The translations under genes and the position numbers were made by a program. Of a stretch of DNA of 64,000 nucleotides, positions 40,484-54,915 are shown piece after piece. The DNA comes from Auanema rhodensis (taxonomy: Eukaryota; Animalia; Nematoda). The stretch is taken from the NCBI GenBank assembly GCA_964057225.1, contig CAXKVF010000074.1, positions 124,001-188,000 of the forward strand. The letters are read 5' to 3'. Each line of letters begins with the position of its first letter. Position 1 is the stretch's first letter. The notes beneath the pieces are model-generated. The model worked only from the letters and a program-made list of their open reading frames with translations. It did no database searches and was not told where the DNA came from.

Positions 40484-43299
40484 TGTAACTCGCTTCACGT
40501 GAAAGATAAAGAGATGCGGTTTTCAAAATTAGATTCCCCATGTCCATATTAGTCTAAAAACAAATTTTTATTGATATTGGTGCATGGTAACCATGACTTT
40601 GAAATTTACGTGAACTTTAATTTATGCTAATTAAATGTACACGTGATGTGCACTTGGTATGTAACTCGCTTCACGTGAAAGATAAAGAGATGCGGTTTTC
40701 AAAATTAGATTCCCCATGTCCATATTAGTCTTAAAACAAATTTTTATTGATATTGGTGCATGGTAACCATGACTTTGAAATTTACGTGAACTTTAATTTA
40801 TGCTAATTAAATGTACACGTGATGTGCACTTGGTATGTAACTCGCTTCACGTGAAAGATAAAGAGATGCGGTTTTCAAAATTAGATTCCCCATGTCCATA
40901 TTAGTCTAAAAACAAAATTTTATTGATATTGGTGCATGGTAACCATGACTTTGAAATTTACGTGAACTTTAATTTATGCTAATTAAATGTACACGTGATG
41001 TGCACTTGGTATGTAACTCGCTTCACGTGAAAGATAAAGAGATGCGGTTTTCAAAATTAGATTCCCCATGTCCATATTAGTCTAAAAACAAATTTTTATT
41101 GATATTGGTTCATGGTAACCATGACTTTGAAATTTACGTGAACTTTAATTAATGCTAATTAAATGTACACGTGATGTGCACTTGGTTTGTAACTCGCTTC
41201 ACGTGAAAGATAAAGAGATCCGGTTTTCAAAATTAGATTCCCCATGTCCATATTAGTCTAAAAACAAATTTTTATTGATATTGTTTCATGGTAACCATGA
41301 CTTTGAAATTTACGTGAACTTTAATTTATGCTAATTAAATGTACACGTGATGTGCACTTGGTATGTAACTCGCTTCACGTGAAAGATAAAGAGATGCGGT
41401 TTTCAAAATTAGATTTCCCATGTCCATATTAGTCTAAAAACAAATTTTTATTGATATTGGTTCATGGTAACCATAACTTTGAATTTTACGTGAACTTTAA
41501 TTTATGCTAATTAAATGTACACGTGATGTGCACTTGGTATGTAACTCGCTTCACGTGAAAGATAAAGAAATGCGGTTTTCAAAATTAGATTCCCCATGTC
41601 CATATTAGTCTAAAAACAAATTTTTATTGATATTGGTTCATGGTAACCATGACTTTGAAATTTACGTGAACTTTAATTTATGCTAATTAAATGTACACGT
41701 GATGTGCACTTGGTATGTAACTCGCTTCACGTGAAAGATAAAGAGATGCGGTTTTCAAAATTAGATTCCCCATGTCCATATTAGTCTAAAAACAAATTTT
41801 TATTGATATTGCTTCATGGTAACCATGACTTTGAAATTTACGTGAACTTTAATTTATGCTAATTAAATGTACACGTGATGTGCACTTGGTATGTAACTCG
41901 CTTCACGTGAAAGATAAAAAGATGCGGTTTTCAAAATTAGATTCCCCATGTCCATATTAGTCTAAAAACAAATTTTTATTGATATTGGTGCATGGTAACC
42001 ATGACTTTGAAATTTACGTGAACTTTAATTTATGCTAATTAAATGTACACGTGATGTGCACTTGGTATGTAACTCGCTTCACGTGAAAGATGAAGAGATG
42101 CGGTTTTCAAAATTAGATTCCCCATGTCCATATTAGTCTAAAAACAAATTTTTATTGATATTGGTTCATGGTAACCATGACTTTGAAATTTACGTGAACT
42201 TTCATTTATGCTAATTAAATGTACACGTGATGTGCACTTGGTATGTAACTCGCTTCACGTGAAAGATAAAGAGATGCGGTTTTCAAAATTAGATTCCCCA
42301 TGTCCATATTAGTCTAAAAACAAATTTTTATTGATATTGGTGCATGGTAACCATGACTTTAAAATTTACGTGAACTTTAATTTATGCTAATTAAATGTAC
42401 ACGTGATGTGCACTTGGTATGTAACTCGCTTCTCGTGAAAGATAAAGAGATGCGGTTTTCAAAATTAGATTCCCCATGTCCATATTAGTCTAAAAACAAA
42501 TTTTTATTGATATTGGTTCATGGTAACCATGACTTTGAAATTTACGTGAACTTTAATTTATGCCAATTAAATGTACACGTGATGTGCACTTGGTATGTAA
42601 CTCGCTTCACGTGAAAGATAAAGAGATGCGGTTTTCAAAATTAGATTCCCCATGTCCATATTAGTCTAAAAACAAATTTTTATTGATATTAATGCATGGT
42701 AACCATGACTTTGAAATTTACGTGAACTTTAATTTATGCTAATTAAATGTACACGTGATGTGCACTTGGTATGTAACTCGCTTCACGTGAAAGATGAAGA
42801 GATGCGGTTTTCAAAATTAGATTCCCCATGTCCATATTAGTCTAAAAACAAATTTTTATTGATATTGGTGCATGGTAACCATGACTTTGAAATTTACGTG
42901 AACTTTAATTTATGCTAATTAAATGTACACGTGATGTGCACTTGGTATGCAACTCGCTTCACGTGAAAGATAAAGAGATGCGGTTTTCAAAATTAGATTC
43001 CCCATGTCCATATTAGTCTAAAAACAAATTTTTATTGATATTGGTGCATGGTAACCATGACTTTGAAATTTACGTGAACTTCAATTTATGCTAATTAAAT
43101 GTACACGTGATGTGCACTTGGTATGTAACTCGCTTCACGTGAAAGATAAAGAGATGCGGTTTTCAAAATTAGATTCCCCATGTCCATATTAGTCTAAAAA
43201 CAAATTTTTATTGATATTGGTTCATGGTAACCATGACTTTGAAATTTACGTGAACTTTAATTTATGCTAATTAAATGTACACGTGATGTGCACTTGGTA
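40484..43299 (+). repeat. 16-monomer block, copy of 34324-37139
   Basis: Same ordered markers at offset 6160 bp. Confidence 0.87.
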
Positions 43300-46200
43300 T
43301 GTAACTCGCTTCACGTGAAAGATAAAGAGATGCGGTTTTCAAAATTAGATTTCCCATGTCCATATTAGTCTAAAAACAAATTTTTATTGATATTGGTTCA
43401 TGGTAACCATAACTTTGAATTTTACGTGAACTTTAATTTATGCTAATTAAATGTACACGTGATGTGCACTTGGTATGTAACTCGCTTCACGTGAAAGATA
43501 AAGAGATGCGGTTTTCAAAATTAGATTTCCCATGTCCATATTAGTCTAAAAACAAATTTTTATTGATATTGGTTCATGGTAACCATAACTTTGAATTTTA
43601 CGTGAACTTTAATTTATGCTAATTAAATGTACACGTGATGTGCACTTGGTATGTAACTCGCTTCACGTGAAAGATAAAGAAATGCGGTTTTCAAAATTAG
43701 ATTCCCCATGTCCATATTAGTCTAAAAACAAATTTTTATTGATATTGGTTCATGGTAACCATGACTTTGAAATTTACGTGAACTTTAATTTATGCTAATT
43801 AAATGTACACGTGATGTGCACTTGGTATGTAACTCGCTTCACGTGAAAGATAAAGAGATGCGGTTTTCAAAATTAGATTCCCCATGTCCATATTAGTCTA
43901 AAAACAAATTTTTATTGATATTGCTTCATGGTAACCATGACTTTGAAATTTACGTGAACTTTAATTTATGCTAATTAAATGTACACGTGATGTGCACTTG
44001 GTATGTAACTCGCTTCACGTGAAAGATAAAAAGATGCGGTTTTCAAAATTAGATTCCCCATGTCCATATTAGTCTAAAAACAAATTTTTATTGATATTGG
44101 TGCATGGTAACCATGACTTTGAAATTTACGTGAACTTTAATTTATGCTAATTAAATGTACACGTGATGTGCACTTGGTATGTAACTCGCTTCACGTGAAA
44201 GATGAAGAGATGCGGTTTTCAAAATTAGATTCCCCATGTCCATATTAGTCTAAAAACAAATTTTTATTGATATTGGTTCATGGTAACCATGACTTTGAAA
44301 TTTACGTGAACTTTCATTTATGCTAATTAAATGTACACGTGATGTGCACTTGGTATGTAACTCGCTTCACGTGAAAGATAAAGAGATGCGGTTTTCAAAA
44401 TTAGATTCCCCATGTCCATATTAGTCTAAAAACAAATTTTTATTGATATTAATGCATGGTAACCATGACTTTGAAATTTACGTGAACTTCAATTTATGCT
44501 AATTAAATGTACACGTGATGTGCACTTGGTATGTAACTCGCTTCACGTGAAAGATAAAGAGATGCGGTTTTCAAAATTAGATTCCCCATGTCCATATTAG
44601 TCTAAAAACAAATTTTTATTGATATTGGTTCATGGTAACCATGACTTTGAAATTTACGTGAACTTTAATTTATGCCAATTAAATGTACACGTGATGTGCA
44701 CTTGGTATGTAACTCGCTTCACGTGAAAGATGAAGAGATGCGGTTTTCAAAATTAGATTCCCCATGTCCATATTAGTCTAAAAACAAATTTTTATTGATA
44801 TTGGTGCATGGTAACCATGACTTTGAAATTTACGTGAACTTCAATTTATGCTAATTAAATGTACACGTGATGTGCACTTGGTATGTAACTCGCTTCACGT
44901 GAAAGATAAAGAGATGCGGTTTTCAAAATTAGATTCCCCATGTCCATATTAGTCTAAAAACAAATTTTTATTGATATTGGTTCATGGTAACCATGACTTT
45001 GAAATTTACGTGAACTTTAATTTATGCTAATTAAATGTACACGTGATGTGCACTTGGTATGTAACTCGCTTCACGTGAAAGATAAAGAGATACGGTTTTC
45101 AAAATTAGATTCCCCATGTCCATATTAGTCTAAAAACGAATTTTTATTGATATTGGTGCATGGTAACCACGACTTTGAAATTTACGTGAACTTTAATTTA
45201 TGCTAATTAAATGTACACGTGATGTGCACTTGGTATGTAACTCGCTTCACGTGAAAGATAAAGAGATGCGGTTTTCAAAATTAGATTCCCCATGTCCATA
45301 TTAGTCTAAAAACGAATTTTTATTGATATTGGTGCATGGTAACCACGACTTTGAAATTTACGTGAACTTTAATTTATGCTAATTAAATGTACACGTGATG
45401 TGCACTTGGTATGTAACTCGCTTCACGTGAAAGATAAAGAGATGCGGTTTTCAAAATTAGATTCCCCCTGTCCATATTAGTCTAAAAACAAATTTTTATT
45501 GATATTGGTTCATGGTAACCATGACTTTGAAATTTACGTGAACTTTAATTTATGCTAATTAAATGTACACGTGATGTGCACTTGGTATGTAACTCGCTTC
45601 ACGTGAAAGATAAAGAGATGCGGTTTTCAAAATTAGATTCCCCATGTCCATATTAGTCTAAAAACAGATTTTTATTGATATTGGTGCATGGTAACCATGA
45701 CTTTGAAATTTACGTGAACTTTAATTTATGCTAATTAAATGTACACGTGATGTGCACTTGGTATGTAACTCGCTTCACGTGGACGATAAAGAGATGCGGT
45801 TTTCAAAATTAGATTCCCCATGTCCATATTAGTCTAAAAAGAAATTTTTATTGATATTGGTGCATGGTAACCATGACTTTGAAATTTACGTGAACTTTAA
45901 TTTATGCTAATTAAATGTACACGTGATGTGCACTTGGTATGTAACTTGCTTCACGTGAAAGATAAAGAGATGCGGTTTTCAAAATTAGATTCCCCATGTC
46001 CATATTAGTCTAAAAACAAATTTTTATTGATATTGGTTCATGGTAACCATGACTTTGAATTTTACGTGAACTTTAATTTATGCTAATTAAATGTACACGT
46101 GATGTGCACTTGGTATGTAACTCGCTTCACGTAAAAGATAAAGAGATGCGGTTTTCAAAATTAGATTCCCCATGTCCATATTAGTCTAAAAACAAATTTT

Positions 46201-49200
46201 TATTGATATTGCTTCATGGTAACCATGACTTTGAAATTTACGTGAACTTTAATTTATGCTAATTAAATGTACACGTGATGTGCACTTGGTATGTAACTCG
46301 CTTCACGTGAAAGATAAAGAGATGCGGTTTTCAAAATTAGATTCCCCATGTCCATATTAGTCTAAAAACAAATTTTTATTGATATTGGTTCATGGTAACC
46401 ATGACTTTGAAATTTACGTGAACTTTAATTTATGCTAATTAAATGTACACGTGATGTGCACTTGGTATGTAACTCGCTTCACGTGAAAGATAAAGAGATG
46501 CGGTTTTCAAAATTAGATTCCCCATGTCCATATTAGTCTAAAAACAAATTTTTATTGATATTGGTGCATGGTAACCATGACTTTGAAATTTACGTGAACT
46601 TTAATTTATGCTAATTAAATGTACACGTGATGTGCACTTGGTATGTAACTCGCTTCACGTGAAAGATGAAGAGATGCGGTTTTCAAAATTAGATTCCCCA
46701 TGTCCATATTAGTCTAAAAACAAATTTTTATTGATATTGGTTCATGGTAACCATGACTTTGAAATTTACGTGAACTTTAATTTATGCTAATTAAATGTAC
46801 ACGTGATGTGCACTTGGTATGTAACTCGCTTCACGTGAAAGATGAAGAGATGCGGTTTTCAAAATTAGATTCCCCATGTCCATATTAGTCTAAAAACAAA
46901 TTTTTATTGATATTGGTTCATGGTAACCATGACTTTGAAATTTACGTGAACTTTAATTTATGCTAATTAAATGTACACGTGATGTGCACTTGGTATTTAA
47001 CTCGCTTCAGGTGAAAGATAAAGAGATGCGGTTTTCAAAATTAGATTCCCCATGTCCATATTAGTCTAAAAACAAATTTTTATTGATATTGGTTCATGGT
47101 AACCATGACTTTGAATTTTACGTGAACTTTAATTTATGCTAATTAAATGTACACGTGATGTGCACTTGGTATGTAACTCGCTTCACGTGAAAGATAAAGA
47201 AATGCGGTTTTCAAAATTAGATTCCCCATGTCCATATTAGTCTAAAAACAAATTTTTATTGATATTGGTTCATGGTAACCATGACTTTGAAATTTACGTG
47301 AACTTTAATTTATGCTAATTAAATGTACACGTGATGTGCACTTGGTATGTAACTCGCTTCACGTGAAAGATAAAGAGATGCGGTTTTCAAAATTAGATTC
47401 CCCATGTCCATATTAGTCTAAAAACAAATTTTTATTGATATTGGTGCATGGTAACCATGACTTTGAAATTTACGTGAACTTTAATTTATGCTAATTAAAT
47501 GTACACGTGATGTGCACTTGGTATGTAACTCGCTTCACGTGAAAGATGAAGAGATGCGGTTTTCAAAATTAGATTCCCCATGTCCATATTAGTCTAAAAA
47601 CAAATTTTTATTGATATTGCTTCATGGTAACCATGACTTTGAAATTTACGTGAACTTTAATTTATGCTAATTAAATGTACACGTGATGTGCACTTGGTAT
47701 GTAACTCGCTTCACGTGAAAGATAAAGAGATGCGGTTTTCAAAATTAGATTCCCCATGTCCATATTAGTCTAAAAACAAATTTTTATTGATATTGGTTCA
47801 TGGTAACCATGACTTTGAAATTTACGTGAACTTTAATTTATGCTAATTAAATGTACACGTGATGTGCACTTGGTATGTAACTCGCTTCACGTGAAAGATG
47901 AAGAGATGCGGTTTTCAAAATTAGATTCCCCATGTCCATATTAGTCTAAAAACAAATTTTTATTGATATTGGTTCATGGTAACCATGACTTTGAAATTTA
48001 CGTGAACTTTAATTTATGCTAATTAAATGTACACGTGATGTGCACTTGGTATGTAACTCGCTTCACGTGAAAGATAAAGAGATGCGGTTTTCAAAATTAG
48101 ATTCCCCATGTCCATATTAGTCTAAAAACAAATTTTTATTGATATTGGTTCATGGTAACCATGACTTTGAAATTTACGTGAACTTTAATTTATGCTAATT
48201 AAATGTACACGTGATGTGCACTTGGTATGTAACTCGCTTCACGTGAAAGATAAAGAGATGCGGTTTTCAAAATTAGATTCCCCCTGTCCATATTAGTCTA
48301 AAAACAAATTTTTATTGATATTGCTTCATGGTAACCATGACTTTGAAATTTACGTGAACTTTAATTTATGCTAATTAAATGTACACGTGATGTGCACTTG
48401 GTATGTAACTCGCTTCACGTGAAAGATAAAGAGATGCGGTTTTCAAAATTAGATTCCCCATGTCCATATTAGTCTAAAAACAAATTTTTATTGATATTGG
48501 TTCATGGTAACCATGACTTTGAAATTTACGTGAACTTTAATTTATGCTAATTAAATGTACACGTGATGTGCACTTGGTATGTAACTCGCTTCACGTGAAA
48601 GATAAAGAGATGCGGTTTTCAAAATTAGATTCCCCATGTCCATATTAGTCTAAAAACAAATTTTTATTGATATTGGTTCATGGTAACCATGACTTTGAAA
48701 TTTACGTGAACTTTAATTTATGCTAATTAAATGTACACGTGATGTGCACTTGGTATGTAACTCGCTTCACGTGAAAGATAAAGAAATGCGGTTTTCAAAA
48801 TTAGATTCCCCATGTCCATATTAGTCTAAAAACAAATTTTTATTGATATTGGTGCATGGTAACCATGACTTTGAATTTTACGTGAACTTTAATTTATGCT
48901 AATTAAATGTACACGTGATGTGCACTTGGTATGTAACTCGCTTCACGTGAAAGATAAAGAGATGCGGTTTTCAAAATTAGATTCCCCATGTCCATATTAG
49001 TCTAAAAACAAATTTTTATTGATATTGGTTCATGGTAACCATGACTTTAAAATTTACGTGAACTTTAATTTATGCTAATTAAATGTACACGTGATGTGCA
49101 CTTGGTATGTAACTCGCTTCACGTGAAAGATAAAGAGATGCGGTTTTCAAAATTAGATTCCCCATGTCCATATTAGTCTAAAAACAAATTTTTATTGTTA

Positions 49201-50163
49201 TTGGTTCATGGTAACCATGACTTTGAATTTTACGTGAACTTTAATTTATGCTAATTAAATGTACACGTGATGTGCACTTGGTATGTAACTCGCTTCACGT
49301 GAAAGATAAAGAGATGCGGTTTTCAAAATTAGATTCCCCATGTCCATATTAGTCAAAAAACAAATTTTTATTGATATTGGTTCATGGTAACCATGACTTT
49401 GAAATTTACGTGAACTTTAATTTATGCTAATTAAATGTACACGTGATGTGCACTTGGTATGTAACTCGCTTCACGTGAAAGATAAAGAAATGCGGTTTTC
49501 AAAATTAGATTCCCCATGTCCATATTAGTCTAAAAAGAAATTTTTATTGATATTGGTGCATGGTAACCATGACTTTGAAATTTACGTGAACTTTAATTTA
49601 TGCTAATTAAATGTACACGTGATGTGCACTTGGTATGTAACTCGCTTCACGTGAAAGATAAAGAGATGCGGTTTTCAAAATTAGATTCCCCATGTCCATA
49701 TTAGTCTAAAAACAAATTTTTATTGATATTGGTTCATGGTAACCATGACTTTGAAATTTACGTGAACTTTAATTTATGCTAATTAAATGTACACGTGATG
49801 TGCACTTGGTATGTAACTCGCTTCACGTGAAAGATAAAGAGATGCGGTTTTCAAAATTAGATTCCCCATGTCCATATTAGTCTAAAAACAAATTTTTATT
49901 GATATTGGTTCATGGTAACCATGACTTTGAAATTTACGTGAACTTTAATTTATGCTAATTAAATGTACACGTGATGTGCACTTGGTATGTAACTCGCTTC
50001 ACGTGAAAGATAAAGAGATGCGGTTTTCAAAATTAGATTCCCCATGTCCATATTAGTCTAAAAACAAATTTTTATTGATATTAGTTCATGGTAACCATGA
50101 CTTTGAAATTTACGTGAACTTTAATTTATGCTAATTAAATGTACACGTGATGTGCACTTGGTA

Positions 50164-53100
50164 TGTAACTCGCTTCACGTGAAAGATAAAGAGATGCGGT
50201 TTTCAAAATTAGATTCCCCATGTCCATATTAGTCTAAAAACAAATTTTTATTGATATTGGTTCATGGTAACCATCACTTTGAAATTTACGTGAACTTTAA
50301 TTTATGCTAATTAAATGTACACGTGATGTGCACTTGGTATGTAACTCGCTTCACGTGAAAGATAAAGAGATGCGGTTTTCAAAATTAGATTCCCCATGTC
50401 CATATTAGTCTAAAAACAAATTTTTATTGATATTAGTTCATGGTAACCATTACTTTGAAATTTACGTGAACTTTAATTTATGCTAATTAAATGTACACGT
50501 GATGTGCACTTGGTATGTAACTCGCTTCACGTGAAAGATAAAGAGATGCGGTTTTCAAAATTAGATTCCCCATGTCCATATTAGTCTAAAAACAAATTTT
50601 TATTGATATTGGTTCATGGTAACCATGACTTTGAAATTTACGTGAACTTTAATTTATGCTAATTAAATGTACACGTGATGTGCACTTGGTATGTAACTCG
50701 CTTCACGTGAAAGATAAAGAGATGCGGTTTTCAAAATTAGATTCCCCATGTCCATATTAGTCTAAAAACAAATTTTTATTGATATTGGTTCATGGTAACC
50801 ATGACTTTGAAATTTACGTGAACTTTAATTTATGCTAATTAAATGTACACGTGATGTGCACTTGGTATGTAACTCGCTTCACGTGAAAGAAAAAGAGATG
50901 CGGTTTTCAAAATTAGATTCCCCATGTCCATATTAGTCTAAAAACAAATTTTTATTGATATTGGTTCATGGTAACCATGACTTTGAAATTTACGTGAACT
51001 TTAATTTATGCTAATTAAATGTACACGTGATGTGCACTTGGTATGTAACTCGCTTCACGTGAAAGATAAAGAGATGCGGTTTTCAAAATTAGATTCCCCA
51101 TGTCCATATTAGTCTAAAAACAAATTTTTATTGATATTGCTTCATGGTAACCATGACTTTGAAATTTACGTGAACTTTAATTTATGCTAATTAAATGTAC
51201 ACGTGATGTGCACTTGGTATGTAACTCGCTTCACGTGGAAGAAAAAAAGATGCGGTTTTCAAAATTAGATTCCCCATGTCCATATTAGTCTAAAAACAAA
51301 TTTTTATTGATATTGGTTCATGGTAACCATGACTTTGAAATTTACGTGAACTTTAATTTATGCTAATTAAATGTACACGTGATGTGCACTTGGTATGTAA
51401 CTCGCTTCACGTGAAAGATGAAGAGATGCCGTTTTCAAAATTAGATTCCCCATGTCCATATTAGTCTAAAAACAAATTTTTATTGATATTGGTTCATGGT
51501 AACCATGACTTTGAAATTTACGTGAACTTTAATTTATGCTAATTAAATGTACACGTGATGTGCACTTGGTATGTAACTCGCTTCACGTGAAAGATAAAGA
51601 GATGCGGTTTTCAAAATTAGATTCCCCATGTCCATATTAGTCTAAAAACAAATTTTTATTGATAATGCTTCATGGTAACCATGACTTTGAAATTTACGTG
51701 AACTTTAATTTATGCTAATTAAATGTACACGTGATGTGCACTTGGTATGTAACTCGCTTCACGTGAAAGATAAAGAAATGCGGTTTTCAAAATTAGATTC
51801 CCCATGTCCATATTAGTCTAAAAAGAAATTTTTATTGATATTGGTGCATGGTAACCATGACTTTGAAATTTACGTGAACTTTAATTTATGCTAATTAAAT
51901 GTACACGTGATGTGCACTTGGTATGTAACTCGCTTCACGTGAAAGATAAAGAGATGCGGTTTTCAAAATTAGATTCCCCATGTCCATATTAGTCTAAAAA
52001 CAAATTTTTATTGATATTGGTTCATGGTAACCATGACTTTGAAATTTACGTGAACTTTAATTTATGCTAATTAAATGTACACGTGATGTGCACTTGGTAT
52101 GTAACTCGCTTCACGTGAAAGATAAAGAGATGCGGTTTTCAAAATTAGATTCCCCATGTCCATATTAGTCTAAAAACAAATTTTTATTGATATTGGTTCA
52201 TGGTAACCATGACTTTGAAATTTACGTGAACTTTAATTTATGCTAATTAAATGTACACGTGATGTGCACTTGGTATGTAACTCGCTTCACGTGAAAGATA
52301 AAGAGATGCGGTTTTCAAAATTAGATTCCCCATGTCCATATTAGTCTAAAAACAAATTTTTATTGATATTGGTTCATGGTAACCATCACTTTGAAATTTA
52401 CGTGAACTTTAATTTATGCTAATTAAATGTACATGTGATGTGCACTTGGTATGTAACTCGCTTCACGTGAAAGATAAAGAGATGCGGTTTTCAAAATTAG
52501 ATTCCCCATGTCCATATTAGTCTAAAAACAAATTTTTATTGATATTAGTTCATGGTAACCATTACTTTGAAATTTACGTGAACTTTAATTTATGCTAATT
52601 AAATGTACACGTGATGTGCACTTGGTATGTAACTCGCTTCACGTGAAAGATAAAGAGATGCGGTTTTCAAAATTAGATTCCCCATGTCCATATTAGTCTA
52701 AAAACAAATTTTTATTGATATTGGTTCATGGTAACCATGACTTTGAAATTTACGTGAACTTTAATTTATGCTAATTAAATGTACACGTGATGTGCACTTG
52801 GTATGTAACTCGCTTCACGTGAAAGATAAAGAGATGCGGTTTTCAAAATTAGATTCCCCATGTCCATATTAGTCTAAAAACAAATTTTTATTGATATTGG
52901 TTCATGGTAACCATCACTTTGAAATTTACGTGAACTTTAATTTATGCTAATTAAATGTACACGTGATGTGCACTTGGTATGTAACTCGCTTCACGTGAAA
53001 GATAAAGAGATGCGGTTTTCAAAATTAGATTCCCCATGTCCATATTAGTCTAAAAACAAATTTTTATTAATATTAGTTCATGGTAACCATTACTTTGAAA

Positions 53101-54915
53101 TTTACGTGAACTTTAATTTATGCTAATTAAATGTACACGTGATGTGCACTTGGTATGTAACTCGCTTCACGTGAAAGATAAAGAGATGCGGTTTTCAAAA
53201 TTAGATTCCCCATGTCCATATTAGTCTAAAAACAAATTTTTATTGATATTGGTTCATGGTAACCATGACTTTGAAATTTACGTGAACTTTAATTTATGCT
53301 AATTAAATGTACACGTGATGTGCACTTGGTATGTAACTCGCTTCACGTGAAAGATAAAGAGATGCGGTTTTCAAAATTAGATTCCCCATGTCCATATTAG
53401 TCTAAAAACAAATTTTTATTGATATTGGTTCATGGTAACCATGACTTTGAAATTTACGTGAACTTTAATTTATGCTAATTAAATGTACACGTGATGTGCA
53501 CTTGGTATGTAACTCGCTTCACGTGAAAGAAAAAGAGATGCGGTTTTCAAAATTAGATTCCCCATGTCCATATTAGTCTAAAAACAAATTTTTATTGATA
53601 TTGGTTCATGGTAACCATGACTTTGAAATTTACGTGAACTTTAATTTATGCTAATTAAATGTACACGTGATGTGCACTTGGTATGTAACTCGCTTCACGT
53701 AAAAGATAAAGAGATGCGGTTTTCAAAATTAGATTCCCCATGTCCATATTAGTCTAAAAACAAATTTTTATTGATATTGCTTCATGGTAACCATGACTTT
53801 GAAATTTACGTGAACTTTAATTTATGCTAATTAAATGTACACGTGATGTGCACTTGGTATGTAACTCGCTTCACGTGGAAGAAAAAAAGATGCGGTTTTC
53901 AAAATTAGATTCCCCATGTCCATATTAGTCTAAAAACAAATTTTTATTGATATTGGTTCATGGTAACCATGACTTTGAAATTTACGTGAACTTTAATTTA
54001 TGCTAATTAAATGTACACGTGATGTGCACTTGGTATGTAACTCGCTTCACGTGAAAGATGAAGAGATGCCGTTTTCAAAATTAGATTCCCCATGTCCATA
54101 TTAGTCTAAAAACAAATTTTTATTGATATTGGTTCATGGTAACCATGACTTTGAAATTTACGTGAACTTTAATTTATGCTAATTAAATGTACACGTGATG
54201 TGCACTTGGTATGTAACTCGCTTCACGTGAAAGATAAAGAGATGCGGTTTTCAAAATTAGATTCCCCATGTCCATATTAGTCTAAAAACAAATTTTTATT
54301 GATATTGCTTCATGGTAACCATGACTTTGAAATTTACGTGAACTTTAATTTATGCTAATTAAATGTACACGTGATGTGCACTTGGTATGTAACTCGCTTC
54401 ACGTGAAAGATAAAGAAATGCGGTTTTCAAAATTAGATTCCCCATGTCCATATTAGTCTAAAAAGAAATTTTTATTGATATTGGTGCATGGTAACCATGA
54501 CTTTGAAATTTACGTGAACTTTAATTTATGCTAATTAAATGTACACGTGATGTGCACTTGGTATGTAACTCGCTTCACGTGAAAGATAAAGAGATGCGGT
54601 TTTCAAAATTAGATTCCCCATGTCCATATTAGTCTAAAAACAAATTTTTATTGATATTGGTTCATGGTAACCATGACTTTGAAATTTACGTGAACTTTAA
54701 TTTATGCTAATTAAATGTACACGTGATGTGCACTTGGTATGTAACTCGCTTCACGTGAAAGATAAAGAGATGCGGTTTTCAAAATTAGATTCCCCATGTC
54801 CATATTAGTCTAAAAACAAATTTTTATTGATATTGGTTCATGGTAACCATGACTTTGAAATTTACGTGAACTTTAATTTATGCTAATTAAATGTACACGT
54901 GATGTGCACTTGGTA
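50164..54915 (+). repeat. Duplication with 15-monomer (2640 bp) offset; 12 matching monomers per copy separated by a 3-monomer sub-duplication
   Basis: G112C 50275/52915, G112T 50451/53091, gtggaagaaaaaaaga variant 51238/53878, G35C 51430/54070, C78G 51825/54465. Confidence 0.87.
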
